Shown here in pieces: positions 1 through 11,492 of a stretch of 64,000 nt of DNA (within the stretch, counting starts at the first letter, position 1; the number at the start of each line of letters is the position of its first letter). Made by a program: the position numbers and the translations under genes. The DNA lies in contig CM076001.1 of NCBI GenBank assembly GCA_038087875.1, positions 1,118,001 to 1,182,000 of the forward strand, read 5' to 3'. The notes under the pieces are model-generated. The model saw only the letters and a list, made by a program, of their open reading frames with translations. It did no database searches and was not told the origin of the DNA. Origin of the DNA: Malacoraja senta (Eukaryota).

Positions 1-51
1 AATGTTATTTAAATAATATTTTTTAATGAAATAATATTACAATATTATTTA

Positions 52-335
52 ATGGCAGTGTCCCAATGGTAGTGCTGGAGGTCCGGGTTCGATACAAACT
101 ATAGGTGCTGCCTGTACGCAGTTTGTACGTTCCCCCTGTAACCATGTAGGTTTTCTCGGGATGCTCCAGTTTCGTCTCACACTCCAAAGACGCACAGGTT
201 CGTAGGTTAATTGGCTTTGGTAAAATTGTCTCTAGTGTGTAGGATAGTATTAGTGTACAGTGTGATCGTTGGTCGGCGCTGACTCGGTGGGCTGAAGGGC
301 CTGTTTCTGTGCTGTATCTCTAAAGTCTAAAGTAA
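52..335 (+). mobile_element. tRNA-derived SINE (HE1-like)
   Basis: B-box-like GGTTCGAT, conserved core gtttgtacgttc...ggttaattggc, and a CR1-shared tail gaagggcctgtttctgtgctgtatctctaaa. Confidence 0.75.
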
Positions 336-814
336 AAAAACAGTGTCTGCAATGATTTCATAAAGAGCATCGCATATATCCCTCTAATGTAACAAAAATA
401 CAACCGACATCAGTTATGCCTAGTTAAAGTTTCAGTAGAAATTTGTGAATAATTGCATCAAATACAATGCTTCGAATTACTTCTGAAAATAAACCTAATT
501 CAAAGCATTAATTCCCACACTTGCACTGCAGAAGCTCGGTTTCACAGTCCTCAGAGGAGATCAACCTGACTCCTGCAAAGAAACACATTGGGTAGAATCA
601 GCTGTCAGTTGTCCATAACCATCCTTTTCCTAATGACGGGTTTAGAGGGAACTGGGCCAAACATAGGCAGGTGGGACTAGTATAGATGGGGCATCTTGAT
701 CGGCATGGGCCTAATGCCGTGCTGCTTGACTATGACTGTGACTGCCCACTGCCACCTTAAAAAGTATCCTTGACATCCAATAGCTGTAATATGGTAACAA
801 CGGAAGGCATTTCA

Positions 815-1500
815 GAGGTTCAAAGGTATTTTTTGTCACGTGTACCAATTAAGGTACAGTGATATGCAAATTACCATACAGTCATTACAAAAGCACCAAG
901 ACATATAACCACATAAAAGTTAACATAAACATCCACCACAGCAGATTCCCCACATTCCTCATTGTGATGGAAGGCAACAAAGTCCAACTTCTTCCTCTTT
1001 TATTCTCCCGCGGTCGGGGCAGGCGAACCATCCGTCAGGGCGATCGAAGCTCCCGCAGCCGGCGGTCAAAGCCCCCGTGTCAGGGCGATCAAAGCTCCCG
1101 CCTCGAGGCGATCTATGCTCCCATGTCGGGGCGATTGAAACTCCCACGTCGGGGCGGTCGAAGCTCCTGCGGCTTGGAGTTCCCGAAAGTCGGTCTCTAA
1201 CCAGAGACCGCGAGCTCCGTGACGTTAAAGTCTGCAAGCTCCCACGGTTGGAGCTCCGAGGTTGATCCCTGGCAAAGGGATAGCGAGCTCCACGATGGTA
1301 AGTCTGCAGGCTCCCCGCGATGGAGCTCCTGGTCGATCTGCAGCAAAGGCTGCCAACTCCTCGATGTTAGGTCGCAGTGCGGATGGAGATACAATACGGG
1401 AAAAATCGCATCTCCGTCGAGGTAAGAAATTAGAAAAAAATTCTAAAAACTCACCACCCCCACCACCCTACCCTACATGAAACAAGCTAAAAAAATACAT
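815..1500 (-). mobile_element. Non-autonomous LINE-derived retroelement with GC-rich internal repeats (family also at 15755-16580, 16830-17110, 19105-20085, 48160-48830)
   Basis: Shared motif catcc(a/c)ccaca...ca(c/t)tgtgatggaaggcaa(c)aaagt next to a LINE-like tail, plus ~30-bp gtcggggcgatcgaagctcccgc repeats. Confidence 0.55.
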
Positions 1501-1851
1501 ATAGACAAGTGCAGGAGTAGGCCATTCGGCCCTTTGAGCTAGCACTGCCATTCAATGTGATCATGGCTGATCATCCACATTCAGTACCCCTTTCCTGCCT
1601 TCTCACCATTTCCCTTGACTCCACTATCTTTACGAGCTCTATCTAACTCTCTCTTGAAAGCATCCAGAGAATTGGCCTCTACTGCCTTCTGAGGCAGAGA
1701 ATTCCACAGATTCACAACTCTCTGGGTGAAAAGGTTTTTCCTCATCTCCGTACTAAATGGCCTACCCCTTATTCTTAAACTGTGCCCCCTGGTTCTGGAC
1801 TCCCCCAACATTGGGAACATGTTTCCTGCCTCTAGCGTGTCCAATCCCCTC
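1500..1851 (-). mobile_element. CR1 (HER1-like) LINE 3' fragment
   Basis: ORF end ...TRGHSLRIRG...FTQRVVNLWNSLP, followed by the CR1 3' UTR and tail. Confidence 0.9.
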
Positions 1852-2314
1852 AAAGGGCTAGGTAGTAGTCGATGTTGTTCTTTTGTTTAACACGGGTGTT
1901 TTCTCTGACCGGAGATCTGTGTTCAGTGGTGTTCCACAAGGATCAGCTGAACTCAGTAAGTTGGCAAATAACACAAAAATTGGTGGAGTTGTGGTTAGTG
2001 AAGATAGTCAAATAATATAGCAGCATATAAATCAGTTGCAGAAATGGGTGAAGAAATGGAAGGTGGAATTTAATTGTGTGAGATGTTCCACTTTGGGAGG
2101 TCAAATGTAAGGGTAAATAAACGTTAAGTGGCAGGACCCTTGGTCGCATTGATGTGCAGGGGGTTATAAAACTTTGGTTAGGCCACGCTGTTCTGTTTGC
2201 TCTATTACAGGAAGGACGTGGAGGCTTTGAAGGGGATATAGAAGAAGTTCACCAGGACTTTGCCAGATTGGAGAGGTTTAGCTAGGAGAGGCGAGTCATA
2301 GATAGGGTAGATTT

Positions 2315-2570
2315 CTAGTTTAGAGATACAGCGCGGAAACAGGCCCACCGGGTCCACGCCGACCAGCGATCGCCACACATTAACACCCTAGGGACAATTT
2401 TTAAATTTACCAAGCCAATTAACCTGTACATCTTTAGAGTGTCACGCAGGTCACGGGGAGAACGTACAAACTCCGTACAGACTGCACCCATAGTCCGGAT
2501 CGAACCCGGGTCTCTGGCGCTGCATTCGCTGCAAGGCAGCAACTCTACCGCTGCGCCACCGTGATCGCCC
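2315..2570 (-). mobile_element. tRNA-derived SINE (HE1-like) inserted in an old CR1 fragment
   Basis: Reverse complement has A/B boxes (GGTGGCGCAGCGG, GGTTCGATCC) and the CR1-like tail. Confidence 0.8.
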
Positions 2571-2787
2571 TTACCTAATAGCGTCTTTTACCTAATGTAG
2601 AAATGTCAATCATACGACAACATAGATTTAAGTTGAAGTAGGGGGTTGAATTTTAAGAAAGCTAGATGTGTGGAAAACATGGTGATGGGAGGGGGAAGGT
2701 GTGGAATCAGACAGGATGATGATTTAGACATCATCTAATCCTAAAGAGGCATCAAATGCTCAGAAGCATTTAGTCAGGCACATAAAT

Positions 2788-4354
2788 AGGGAGGTTGCAC
2801 GGCAGTCGAGGTCACGACCCGTGACCCGTACTGTTGCCATGCAACGGCAACTGGAGTACACGCGGTGAATGTCAGGTAAGCATTTATTATGGCTGTCAGT
2901 ACAGCTGGCCCTTCTTCTGTCCCAGCATCCGGACTCCACACTCTGGTTCCACACTCGCAGTTGCACTGTCCCCGCGGTAGGGGTGGGGGGGTTGGTTCGG
3001 TGTGTCACCCACAGTGCGTGACAGTGCGGCCGCACAGAGGGAGACGGGGCGGAGGGCGGCCGTGGCTGGACAGTGCTGTCCCGAGGGATGTGCTCCTTCG
3101 GCCGTTTACAGCTTGTTCGGGTTCACAGCAAAGATACTAGAGCATTTGGTTCAGAGCGCTCAATCACCCTCCACAATTATTTACAGCACAAAAATTGATC
3201 ATTTCGCCGTTTTTTAACAGGTACGCGTTGGTTAATTTTTGTGCTGTAAATAATTGTGGAAATCGGGGTAACCATGAGAGACATTTATCCTACTTCAGAA
3301 TTCCAAAAGTGAGGAGAAATGATGGTAGAGAGAAGCAACAGCTGAAGGGCCAACAACAGCTAAAGTGGTTGGCGAACATTGGCCGTGCAGATTCAAGATT
3401 GAAAATATTGGGAATTCTCGCGTTTGCTCACTGCATTTCATTAACAGTAAGGCAATATTTGTGTTTTTTCTTGATTCCTTTGGTATCTAAAAAGTTTCAG
3501 AAGTGATAATCTGGATGTAAATTTTTTAAATCGCCCATGGTTCTCAAGTGTGTTTTTACATGCAAAAGGAAAACGCTTCTGAAGCTAAATTTATCATTAA
3601 AAAAAATCGCAAACCATACGTGGGGTTTGAATTACATTTTACTCAGATGCAAGCCAAGGAATGGCATAATTGTTAGCTGTTAATTGGACATAATCAACTT
3701 CAGCAAATTGACAATATCTTTGAAAGGGAGTGGGTGTTTAAGCTGTCAGGACATTTTATTATTTGCCAAAATATACATCTCAATAGCATAATGATAGAAA
3801 ACTTACTTTTCCACACACCACTCGTAAGTCTGGAGATTTTTTTAATGATAAATTTAGCTTCAGAAGCGTTTTCCTTTTGCATGTAAAAACCCACTTGAGA
3901 ACCATGGGCGATTAAAAAATTTTACAGCCAGATTTATCACTTCTGAAACTTTTTAGATACCAAAGGAATCAAGAAAAAACACAAATAATGCCTTACTGTT
4001 GATGAAATGCCGTGAGCAAACGCGATAATTTCCAATATTTTCAATCTTGATATCTGCACGGCCAATGTTCACCAACCACTTTAGCTGTTGTTGTCCCATC
4101 AGCTATCGCTTCTCTCTATCATCATTTCTCCTCATTTTTGGAATTCTGAAGTAGGATAAATGTCTCTCACGGTTACCCCGATTTCCACAATTATTTAGTG
4201 CAAAAATTGACCTATTCTGTGGTTTTTAACAGGTAAGAAAGTACACGTTTTGTGTATTAACAGTGTATGCCGGAAGCTGCCATGTCCTCCACATGGATTG
4301 AGCTACTCCGTGCATCATGTCCTTTGACCTGATGACCTTACGTGCGACCCCCCT
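2788..4354 (+). mobile_element. Non-autonomous THAP-bearing DNA transposon (Harbinger/ISL2EU-like) with internal fold-back
   Basis: 14-bp TIRs AGGGAGGTTGCACG / CGTGCGACCCCCCT. It interrupts a CR1 3' end (cacataaat | aggcagggaatgg), with flanks AT / CT. It carries a THAP-like peptide VNFCAVNNCGNR...SYFRIPK...WLANIGR (3228-3446). Confidence 0.7.
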
Positions 4355-4660
4355 CTAGGCAGGGAATGGAGGGATATAGATAAGATATGATCTAGGTGAT
4401 TTATTAGATATAGATGCTGTCAGTTTAATTTGGCATCATCGTAGTCTTAGACAATGAGACGCGGACCAAAGGTCTGCTCCTACGCTCTACTGTTTTATGC
4501 TCTATTTTAACTTCTTACATAAAATGCACAGCAGGTCAGGCATCAAAATGTGAGCTTTCGCTTCAGACCAATAACTTTTTATGGTACGTACCTGGAAAAA
4601 AGTGAGATGTGGGCAAATACAGAGTATGTGATGAAGAACAAGAGGACCTGAGGCAATATA

Positions 4661-5703
4661 TAGGTATGTTACAATACTTACCTTCAGTGGCGCTGTAATT
4701 CTGCCACTGGCCGTGTGTGCGATTTTGGCGCCTTTAAGGGGGGGGCGGGCTTAAAACGCGGGTTTCTCCTACCTTGTCCTGTATTATATTTCGTTGGAGT
4801 ACAAGCGTTTGCTGAAAAATCGTTCCTAGGGGCGTTTTGTGAATTTTTTATTTTTATTAAATCGACAATGTCAGCCCTGGAATCATTTTAAAATCAGCTC
4901 CTGAAGCCGTCAACGCCGATAACGGGGACGGATTTCACGTACGGGACAGGTAAACGAAAGTGGTTTATTTTAATGTATAAAACTGCTTCTTAAGAAGCCT
5001 TTAATTCACATTTTTTCATGCGAAACGGTGATTTTATTCCCCGAACTAACGGCAGTATTTTTCATGCCGATACGGGGTTAAATTCACCGCAAATGAACGT
5101 TCCAAAAGATCGCGTTCCAGAAATCCTCACGCACAAGATGATTTAAATGCCCATTAATTTACAGGTATTAAACATTCAGTTCCTTCCATTTGGCCTGTAA
5201 ATTCATGACAATGAGATTTAAAAATTATGTTATATTGTGAATTCTTGTGTGAATGTTATTTGGACACTTAGGCTATTTAAAAATGTTAATCTATTCTTAA
5301 GAAATTGATAGATGTTTAGATCTAGTAATTGAATTTTGTAATTAGCTACAATTAGGTAACTAACTAATTATATGCTTTAATTTCATGTCTTCTAAGTAAG
5401 ATTGTTTCATATTTGTTTCAGAATGCTTCAATCTATAATAACTGAACATTTCTTTCAGTTCTCTTAATTTTTAAGGAAGTTATGGGCTTTTGACTGTCCT
5501 CGATCACAGCTTTTGTGTTAAGTCAATCGAAAAGCAATAGGGAACAAGATGCTAATTTCCGAGTATGAAAATGGCCATAACTTTTTTAATACTGAAGATA
5601 TGAAAGTGAATTAGGTGTCAAATTAAACTTATTTTTATGCTTTATCTGATGGGATAAATTGCAGACTTTATTTTTAAAATCTCAAAATTTTGTAACATTG
5701 CTA
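4661..5703. mobile_element. Non-autonomous TIR DNA transposon, superfamily unassigned
   Basis: TIRs TAGGTATGTTACAA / TTGTAACATTGCTA and a 7-bp direct flank CAATATA (4654-4660, 5704-5710). No ORF. Confidence 0.7.
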
Positions 5704-5757
5704 CAATATAGAAGACAGCAGGGCAAATAATGACGAAAGGGACGGTGGTGTAAAGGC

Positions 5758-6003
5758 AGGTAGACACAAACTGCTGGAGTAACTCAGCGGGACAGGCAGC
5801 ATCTCTGAAGGTAAGGAATGGATGACGTTTCGGGTCGAGACCCTTCTTCAGACTGATAGGCAAATAGGTCGAGACGAGGGGGTGAGTCGAGCAGCGTCGA
5901 GATGAAGGTAAGGAATGGCTGACGTTTCGGGTCGAGACCCTTCTTCAGACTGATAGGCAAATAGGTCGAGACGAGGGGGTGAGTCGAGCAGCGTCGAGAC
6001 GAA
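5758..6003 (-). mobile_element. Penelope-like terminal fragment with a 97-bp tandem duplication containing two minimal hammerhead motifs
   Basis: Minus strand CTGAAGA-AGGG-TCTCGA-CCC-GAAACGTC at 5824-5851 and 5921-5948. The same terminal sequence adjoins the GIY-YIG fragment at 22921-23370. Confidence 0.75.
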
Positions 6004-6350
6004 GGGGTGCTGAACATGAGTCAGCACCGTGGTGTCCGCAGCATGAGGTGCCGGCGGCGCGGTGACGCGCGCCAACACTTTGTTGGCCAACTGCCGGAGC
6101 GAGCACGTGGCTCGCTGTTTACGTGCAGCGCACGTGGCGGATGGAAGGTGACAGGTGGCGCGAGGCGGTGCGGAGCAGCGGTTGCCCGGGACAACCTGGC
6201 GGCCTGGGTCAGGCGGGGAGCGCAGCGCTGGGCAGTCGTAGCCGTGGACGGGGACGGCGTGGTGCTCGGAGGCTGCGGGATATTGTAAGTCTTACTCTGA
6301 GCCACAGGCACCTATTAACTAACGTTTGGTTGACTGAATGACGCAGCCGC
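6000..6350 (+). promoter_or_regulatory. CpG island / probable promoter and non-coding first exon (donor at 6284|6285)
   Basis: Non-repetitive, strongly CpG-rich stretch. It has two CACGTG E-boxes (~6104, ~6131), a TGACG CRE half-site (~6063), an X-box-like GTTGCCCGGGACAAC (6181-6195) and a strong donor ATT|gtaagt. The link to the downstream coding exons is inferred. Confidence 0.65.
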
Positions 6351-7062
6351 CCGCCAGTGCTTTATCCAAAACTTCCAGCAGGACATAAGAGAATAAGGGA
6401 CATAACATTAGCGACATGAGAGAATATCAAATGCTAACAAGGGACACTGCTGCCGCTCACGCCGTTCCTAAAACGGCAGAAACGTTTCGATACAATTGTC
6501 AATGCAGAGCAAGCATCATTAAGCAATGTTTGTGAACGATAAATCTGTTTATTGCAACGATTATTCTGCAGAGCTGCCAACCAAAAATTCCAACTATTGT
6601 ATATTGGGCGCTTTCAAGTCTTATTACCAGGACCGGGCGCTTTAAAAATTGGGCTTGGAAGAAGATTATATGTATGTTTTTAAAACAGCTGTCATGGTCA
6701 TATGTGCGGATAAATGATCTTTCCAATTACGCAATGTTACTTTCCACGTGCTTGTATCTTGTTTTCTTATGATGTGCGACATTGTGCAATATCGGCCAGT
6801 CGGTAATGTTTCCAAAACAGTAACGAAGTAGTTTACTTCGGTTTGTGTTCTGACGTTATGATGATGGTGAACTGGGAAATTACATATTTGACAATATCCA
6901 GGACCAGGAAGACGATGTGCTTGCTGTACTTATTTTGATTTCTCCTCATTGCTGTCAGCAACTTTTGGGACATGTATGCAGGTGTAAATGAATATGGATG
7001 TCCCAAAGTCATGGTCAGCTATTTGCCATTGTTTCCCTGATTGACATGGACACTGGACTCTC

Positions 7063-9802
7063 ATGGAGTCATAGAGTGATACAGTGTGGAAACAGGCCCT
7101 TTGGCCCAACTAGCCCACACTGGCCAACATGTCCCAGCTATACTAGTCCCACCTGCTGGCGTTTGGTCCATATCCCTCCAAACTTGTCCTATCCATATAC
7201 CAGTCTAACTGTTTCTTAAACGTTGGGACAGCCCCAGCCTCAACTACCTCCTCTGGCAACTTGTTCCATACACCCACCACCCTTTGTGTGAAAAAGTTAC
7301 CTCTCAGATTCCTAGTATATCTTTTCCCCTTCACCTTCAACCTATGTTCTCTGATCCTCGATTCCCCTACTCTGGGCAAGAGTTTCTGTGGTTCTACCCG
7401 ATTTATTCCTCTCATGATTTTAGACACCTCTATAAGATCACCCCTCTTTCTCCTGTGCTCCGAGGAATAGACACCCAGCGTACTCAACCTCTCCCTATAG
7501 CTCACACCATCTAGTATAAAAATTAAAGCGAAGAAGTACAATGTAGCAAAGATGAGCGGGAAGCAAGAGGATTGGGTAATGTTTAAAGAACAACAGAAGA
7601 TAACCAAAAAGACAATACGGGAAGAAAAGATGAGGTACGAAGGTAAGCTAGCCAAGAATATAAAGCACGATAGTAAAAGCTTCTTTAGGTATGTGAAGAG
7701 GAAAACATTAGTTAAGACCAAATTTGGACCCTTGAAGACCGAACAGGTGAATTTATTATGGGGAACAAGGAAATGGCAGATGAGTTGAACAGGTACTTTG
7801 GATCTGTCTTCACTAAGGAGGACACAAACAATCTTCCTGATATAGTAGTGGCCAGAGGTACTCGGGTGACAGAGGAACTGAAGGAAATCCACATTAGGCA
7901 GGAAATGGTGTTGGATAGACTGATGGGACTGAAGGCTGATAAATCCCCAGGGCCTGATGGTCTGCATCCCAGGGTACTTAAGGAAGTGGCTCTAGAAACC
8001 GTGGATGGATTGGTGATAATTTTCCAATGTTCTATGGACTCAGGATCAGTTCCTGTGGATTGGAGGGTAGCTAATGTTATCCCACTTTTAAAGAAAGGCG
8101 GGAGAGGGAAAACAGGGAATTATAGACCAGATCGCCTGACATCGGTGCGGGAGTCAATTATAAATGATGAAATAGCCGAACATTTGGATAGCAGTAACAG
8201 GATCGGTCCGAGTCAGCATGGATTTCCCAAGGGGAAATCATGCTTGACTAATCTTCTGGAATTTTTTGAAGATGTAACTAGGAAAATGGACAAGGGAGAG
8301 CCAGTGGATGTAGTGTACCTGGACTTTCAGAAAGCATTTGATAAGGTCCCACATAGGAGATTAGTGGGCAAAATTAGGGCACATGGTATTGGGGGTAGAG
8401 TGCTGACATGGATAGAGAAGTGGTTGGCAGACAGGAAACAAAGAGTAGGGATTGACGGGTCCCTTTCAGAATGGCAGGCAGTGACTAGTGGGGTACCGCA
8501 AGGCTTGGTGCTGGGACCGCAGCTATTTACAATATACATCAATGATTTGGATGAAGGGATTCAAAGTAACATTAGCAAATTTGCAGATGACACAAAGCTG
8601 GGTGGCAATGTGAACTGTGAGGAGGATGCTATGAGAATGCAGGGTGACTTGGACAGGTTGGGGGAGTGGGCAGATGCATGGCAGATGAAGTTTAATGCGG
8701 ATAAATGTGATGTTATCCACTTTGGTAGCAAAAACAGGAAGGCTGATTACTATCTAAATGGCGTCAAGTTGGGAAAAAGGGAAGTACAACGGGATCTGGG
8801 GGTCCTTGTACATCAGTCTATGAAAGTAAGCATGCAGGTACAGCAGGCAGCGAATGGCATGTTGGCCTTTATAACAAGAGGAATCGAATATAGGAGCAAA
8901 GAGGTCCTTCTGCAGTTGTACAGAGCCCTAGTGAGACCACACCTGGAGTATTGTGTGCAATTTTGGTCCCCTAATTTGAGGAAGGACATTCTTGCTATTG
9001 AGGGAGTGCAGCGTAGGTTTACAAGGTTAATTCCCGGGATGGTGGGACTGTCATATGCTGAGAGAATGGTGCAGCTGGGCTTGTACACTCTGGAGTTTAG
9101 AAGGATGAGAGGGAATCTCATTGAAACATATAAGATTGTTAAGGGATTGGACACGCTAGAGGCAGGAAACATGTTCCCAATGTTGGGGGAGACCTGAACC
9201 AGGGGCCACAGTTTAAGAATAAGGAGTAAGCCATTTAGAACGGAGACGAGGAAACACTTTTTCTCACAGAGAGTGGTGAGTCTGTGGAATTCTCTGCCTC
9301 AGAGGGCAGTGGAGACAGGTTCTCTGGATGCTTTCAAGAGAGAGCTAGATAGGGCTCTTAAAAATAGCGGAATCAGGGGATATGGGGAGAAGGCAGGAAC
9401 AGGGTATTGATTGGGGATGATCAGCCATGACCACATTGAATGGCTCGAAGGGCCGAATGGCCTACTCCTGCACCTATTGTCTATTTTCTATAGTCCTGGC
9501 AACATCCTCATAAATCTTCTCTGAACCCTTTCAAGCTTGACAATATCTTTCCTATAACATGGTGCCCTGAACAGAATACAATAATCTAAATGCGGTCTCA
9601 CCAACATCTTATACAATGGCAACATGAACTCCCAACGTCTATACTCAATACTCTGACTGATGAAGGCCAATGTGCCAAAAACCTTTTTGACCACCTTATC
9701 TACCTGTGACTCGACCTTCAAGGAACTATGCACCTGCACTCCTAGATCCCTCTGCTCTACAACACTCCCCAGAGACCTACCATTCACTGTGTAGGTCCTG
9801 CC
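7063..9802 (-). mobile_element. CR1 LINE 3' fragment (7063-7515 + 9487-9802) split by a younger CR1 insertion
   Basis: The two minus-strand pieces are contiguous CR1 ORF2 C-terminal sequence (RPHLDYC...QRRFMRMLPGL / GVSYRERL...WNKLP). Confidence 0.85.
7516..9486 (+). mobile_element. 5'-truncated CR1 LINE with a 479-aa RT ORF remnant
   Basis: KSPGPDG, YLDFQKAFDKV, GVPQG and FADD motifs; 3' tail cctattgtctat. Confidence 0.95.
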
Positions 9803-10073
9803 TTTTTTAGAGGGAGACGAGGAAACACTTTTTCTCACAGGGAGTGGTGAGTCTGTGGAATTCTCGGTCTCAGAGGGCGATGGAGGCAGGTTCTCTGGAT
9901 GCTTTCAAGAGAGAGCTAGATAGGGCTCTTAAAATGAGCGGAGTCAGGGGATATGGGGAGAAGGCAGGAACGGGGTACTGATTGGGGATGATCAGCCATG
10001 ATCACATTGAATGGCGGTGCTGGCTCGAAGGGCCGAATGGCCTACTCCTGCACCTATTGTCTATTGTCTATTG
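9803..10073 (+). mobile_element. Short CR1 3' end
   Basis: Near copy of 9240-9485, ending in (ctattgt)n. Confidence 0.85.
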
Positions 10074-11492
10074 TCGTTCCAGAATGCGACACCTCTGTAT
10101 TAAATTCCTCTCTAGAATGCACTGAGAATCAAGGAAAACAGAGATGTCGAAAACATAGACTATAGGCTCAAGGTTCGGTTGTGATCTTATTGAGTGATGG
10201 AGCAATCTCTACAGTCTGCTCTTGATGCATAGATGTGTAATATTGTGGATATTCTCACCCAGCTATATTGAGAAATAGTCTGTGCCAGGTTTAACCAGCT
10301 GCAGAGTTTTTTACAGTTACATTCAATTAATTTGGCTTGTGGAGCTTTGAATAAATTCAAGGTTATGGAACATGTAAAGCTGACTAGGAGAGCATTGTAA
10401 CAGATGTCAAGAAATAATAAGTCACAGTTAAGGATTATGACAGCAAATGAACTGAGTTAGTGGTAGGGTTGGACACTAAAAAAAGTAGATTGTCTCGGAT
10501 GGAGATTGTCTCATAAGTTCTGGGAGCAGAATAAAGCCATTCGGCCCATCAAGTCTACTCTGCCATTCAATCAAGGCTGATCTATCTTTCCCTCATTTGT
10601 CCCCATTCCCTCATCAACCCCATTCTTCTGCTTTCGCCACATAACCCCTCGCACCCGTACCAATCATGAATCTGTCAATCTCAGCCTTAAAGATATCCAT
10701 TGATTTGGCCTCCACAGTCTGTGGCATGCATGGAACGAGCTGCTGGAAGAGGTAATTGAGGCAGGTACCTTCGCAACATTTAAGAAACTTTTAGACAGGT
10801 ACATGGATCAGATAGGTTTAGAGGGATATGGGTCAAACGCAGGCAGGTTGGACTAGTGTAGACGGGGCATGTTGGTTGGTGTGGGCATGTTGTGCTGAAG
10901 GGCTTGTTTCCACGCTGTATGACTATGACTGCAGTCAAATGTGATAAATCACAAGGCATAGAATGATAGTGAGTTAATGAGGATAACAGCGTTCTGAAGT
11001 TAGTAAAATTTAAAATTCAGTGGTGAATACCAATCCAAAAATATATTCTTCAGACAAGAGAAGGCCTCAGAGTTGCCCCCAAATCATTTTTCTTTGCTAG
11101 GTTGTGTGTTGTTTCATTGTCTTCTTTTAAAAAGGTGGGGAATTTCATTATAATATTGAACTTGGGGTCCTGCAGTGTAGTGAGCCCAAGTTAAATATCA
11201 TAGTGAGTACTCCTCTGTCAGCTAAATCTTCTGCTGTCATCAGAACCTCACCCCAACTAAGTTTCTGCCTTGTACTTGCAATTGTTTCCCTTGCTTATCT
11301 ATCCATGCATCCTTTAAGTAATGTAGTCCACTCGCCTTGTGGCCAAACATCTATGTCCCTGGCTGTACTCCTTCCAGCTTGCTTATCTGGCCAGTGGACA
11401 AAGAGGAAATGGGAGAAAATGATAATGTGGGTAGACATAACTATTAAGTTATTTTTCGGTAGTTGAGTAACTGATAAGAGGAGGGACACCTT

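Noticed and set aside
52..335. tRNA-like A/B boxes here and at other SINE heads
   Set aside because: They are SINE promoters followed by SINE core and tail, not cloverleaf tRNA genes.
505..573. Possible minus-strand exon after a tttctttgcag acceptor (VRLISSEDCETELLQCKCGN*)
   Set aside because: No clear donor, partner exon or recognisable protein. It could belong to a divergent gene but cannot be supported from this window.
6007..6341. Short ORFs in the CpG island
   Set aside because: GC-rich chance ORFs on both strands with no recognisable motifs.
7143..7967. 274-aa minus-strand ORF with a hydrophobic middle
   Set aside because: Antisense reading of one CR1 fused to the sense end of another CR1.
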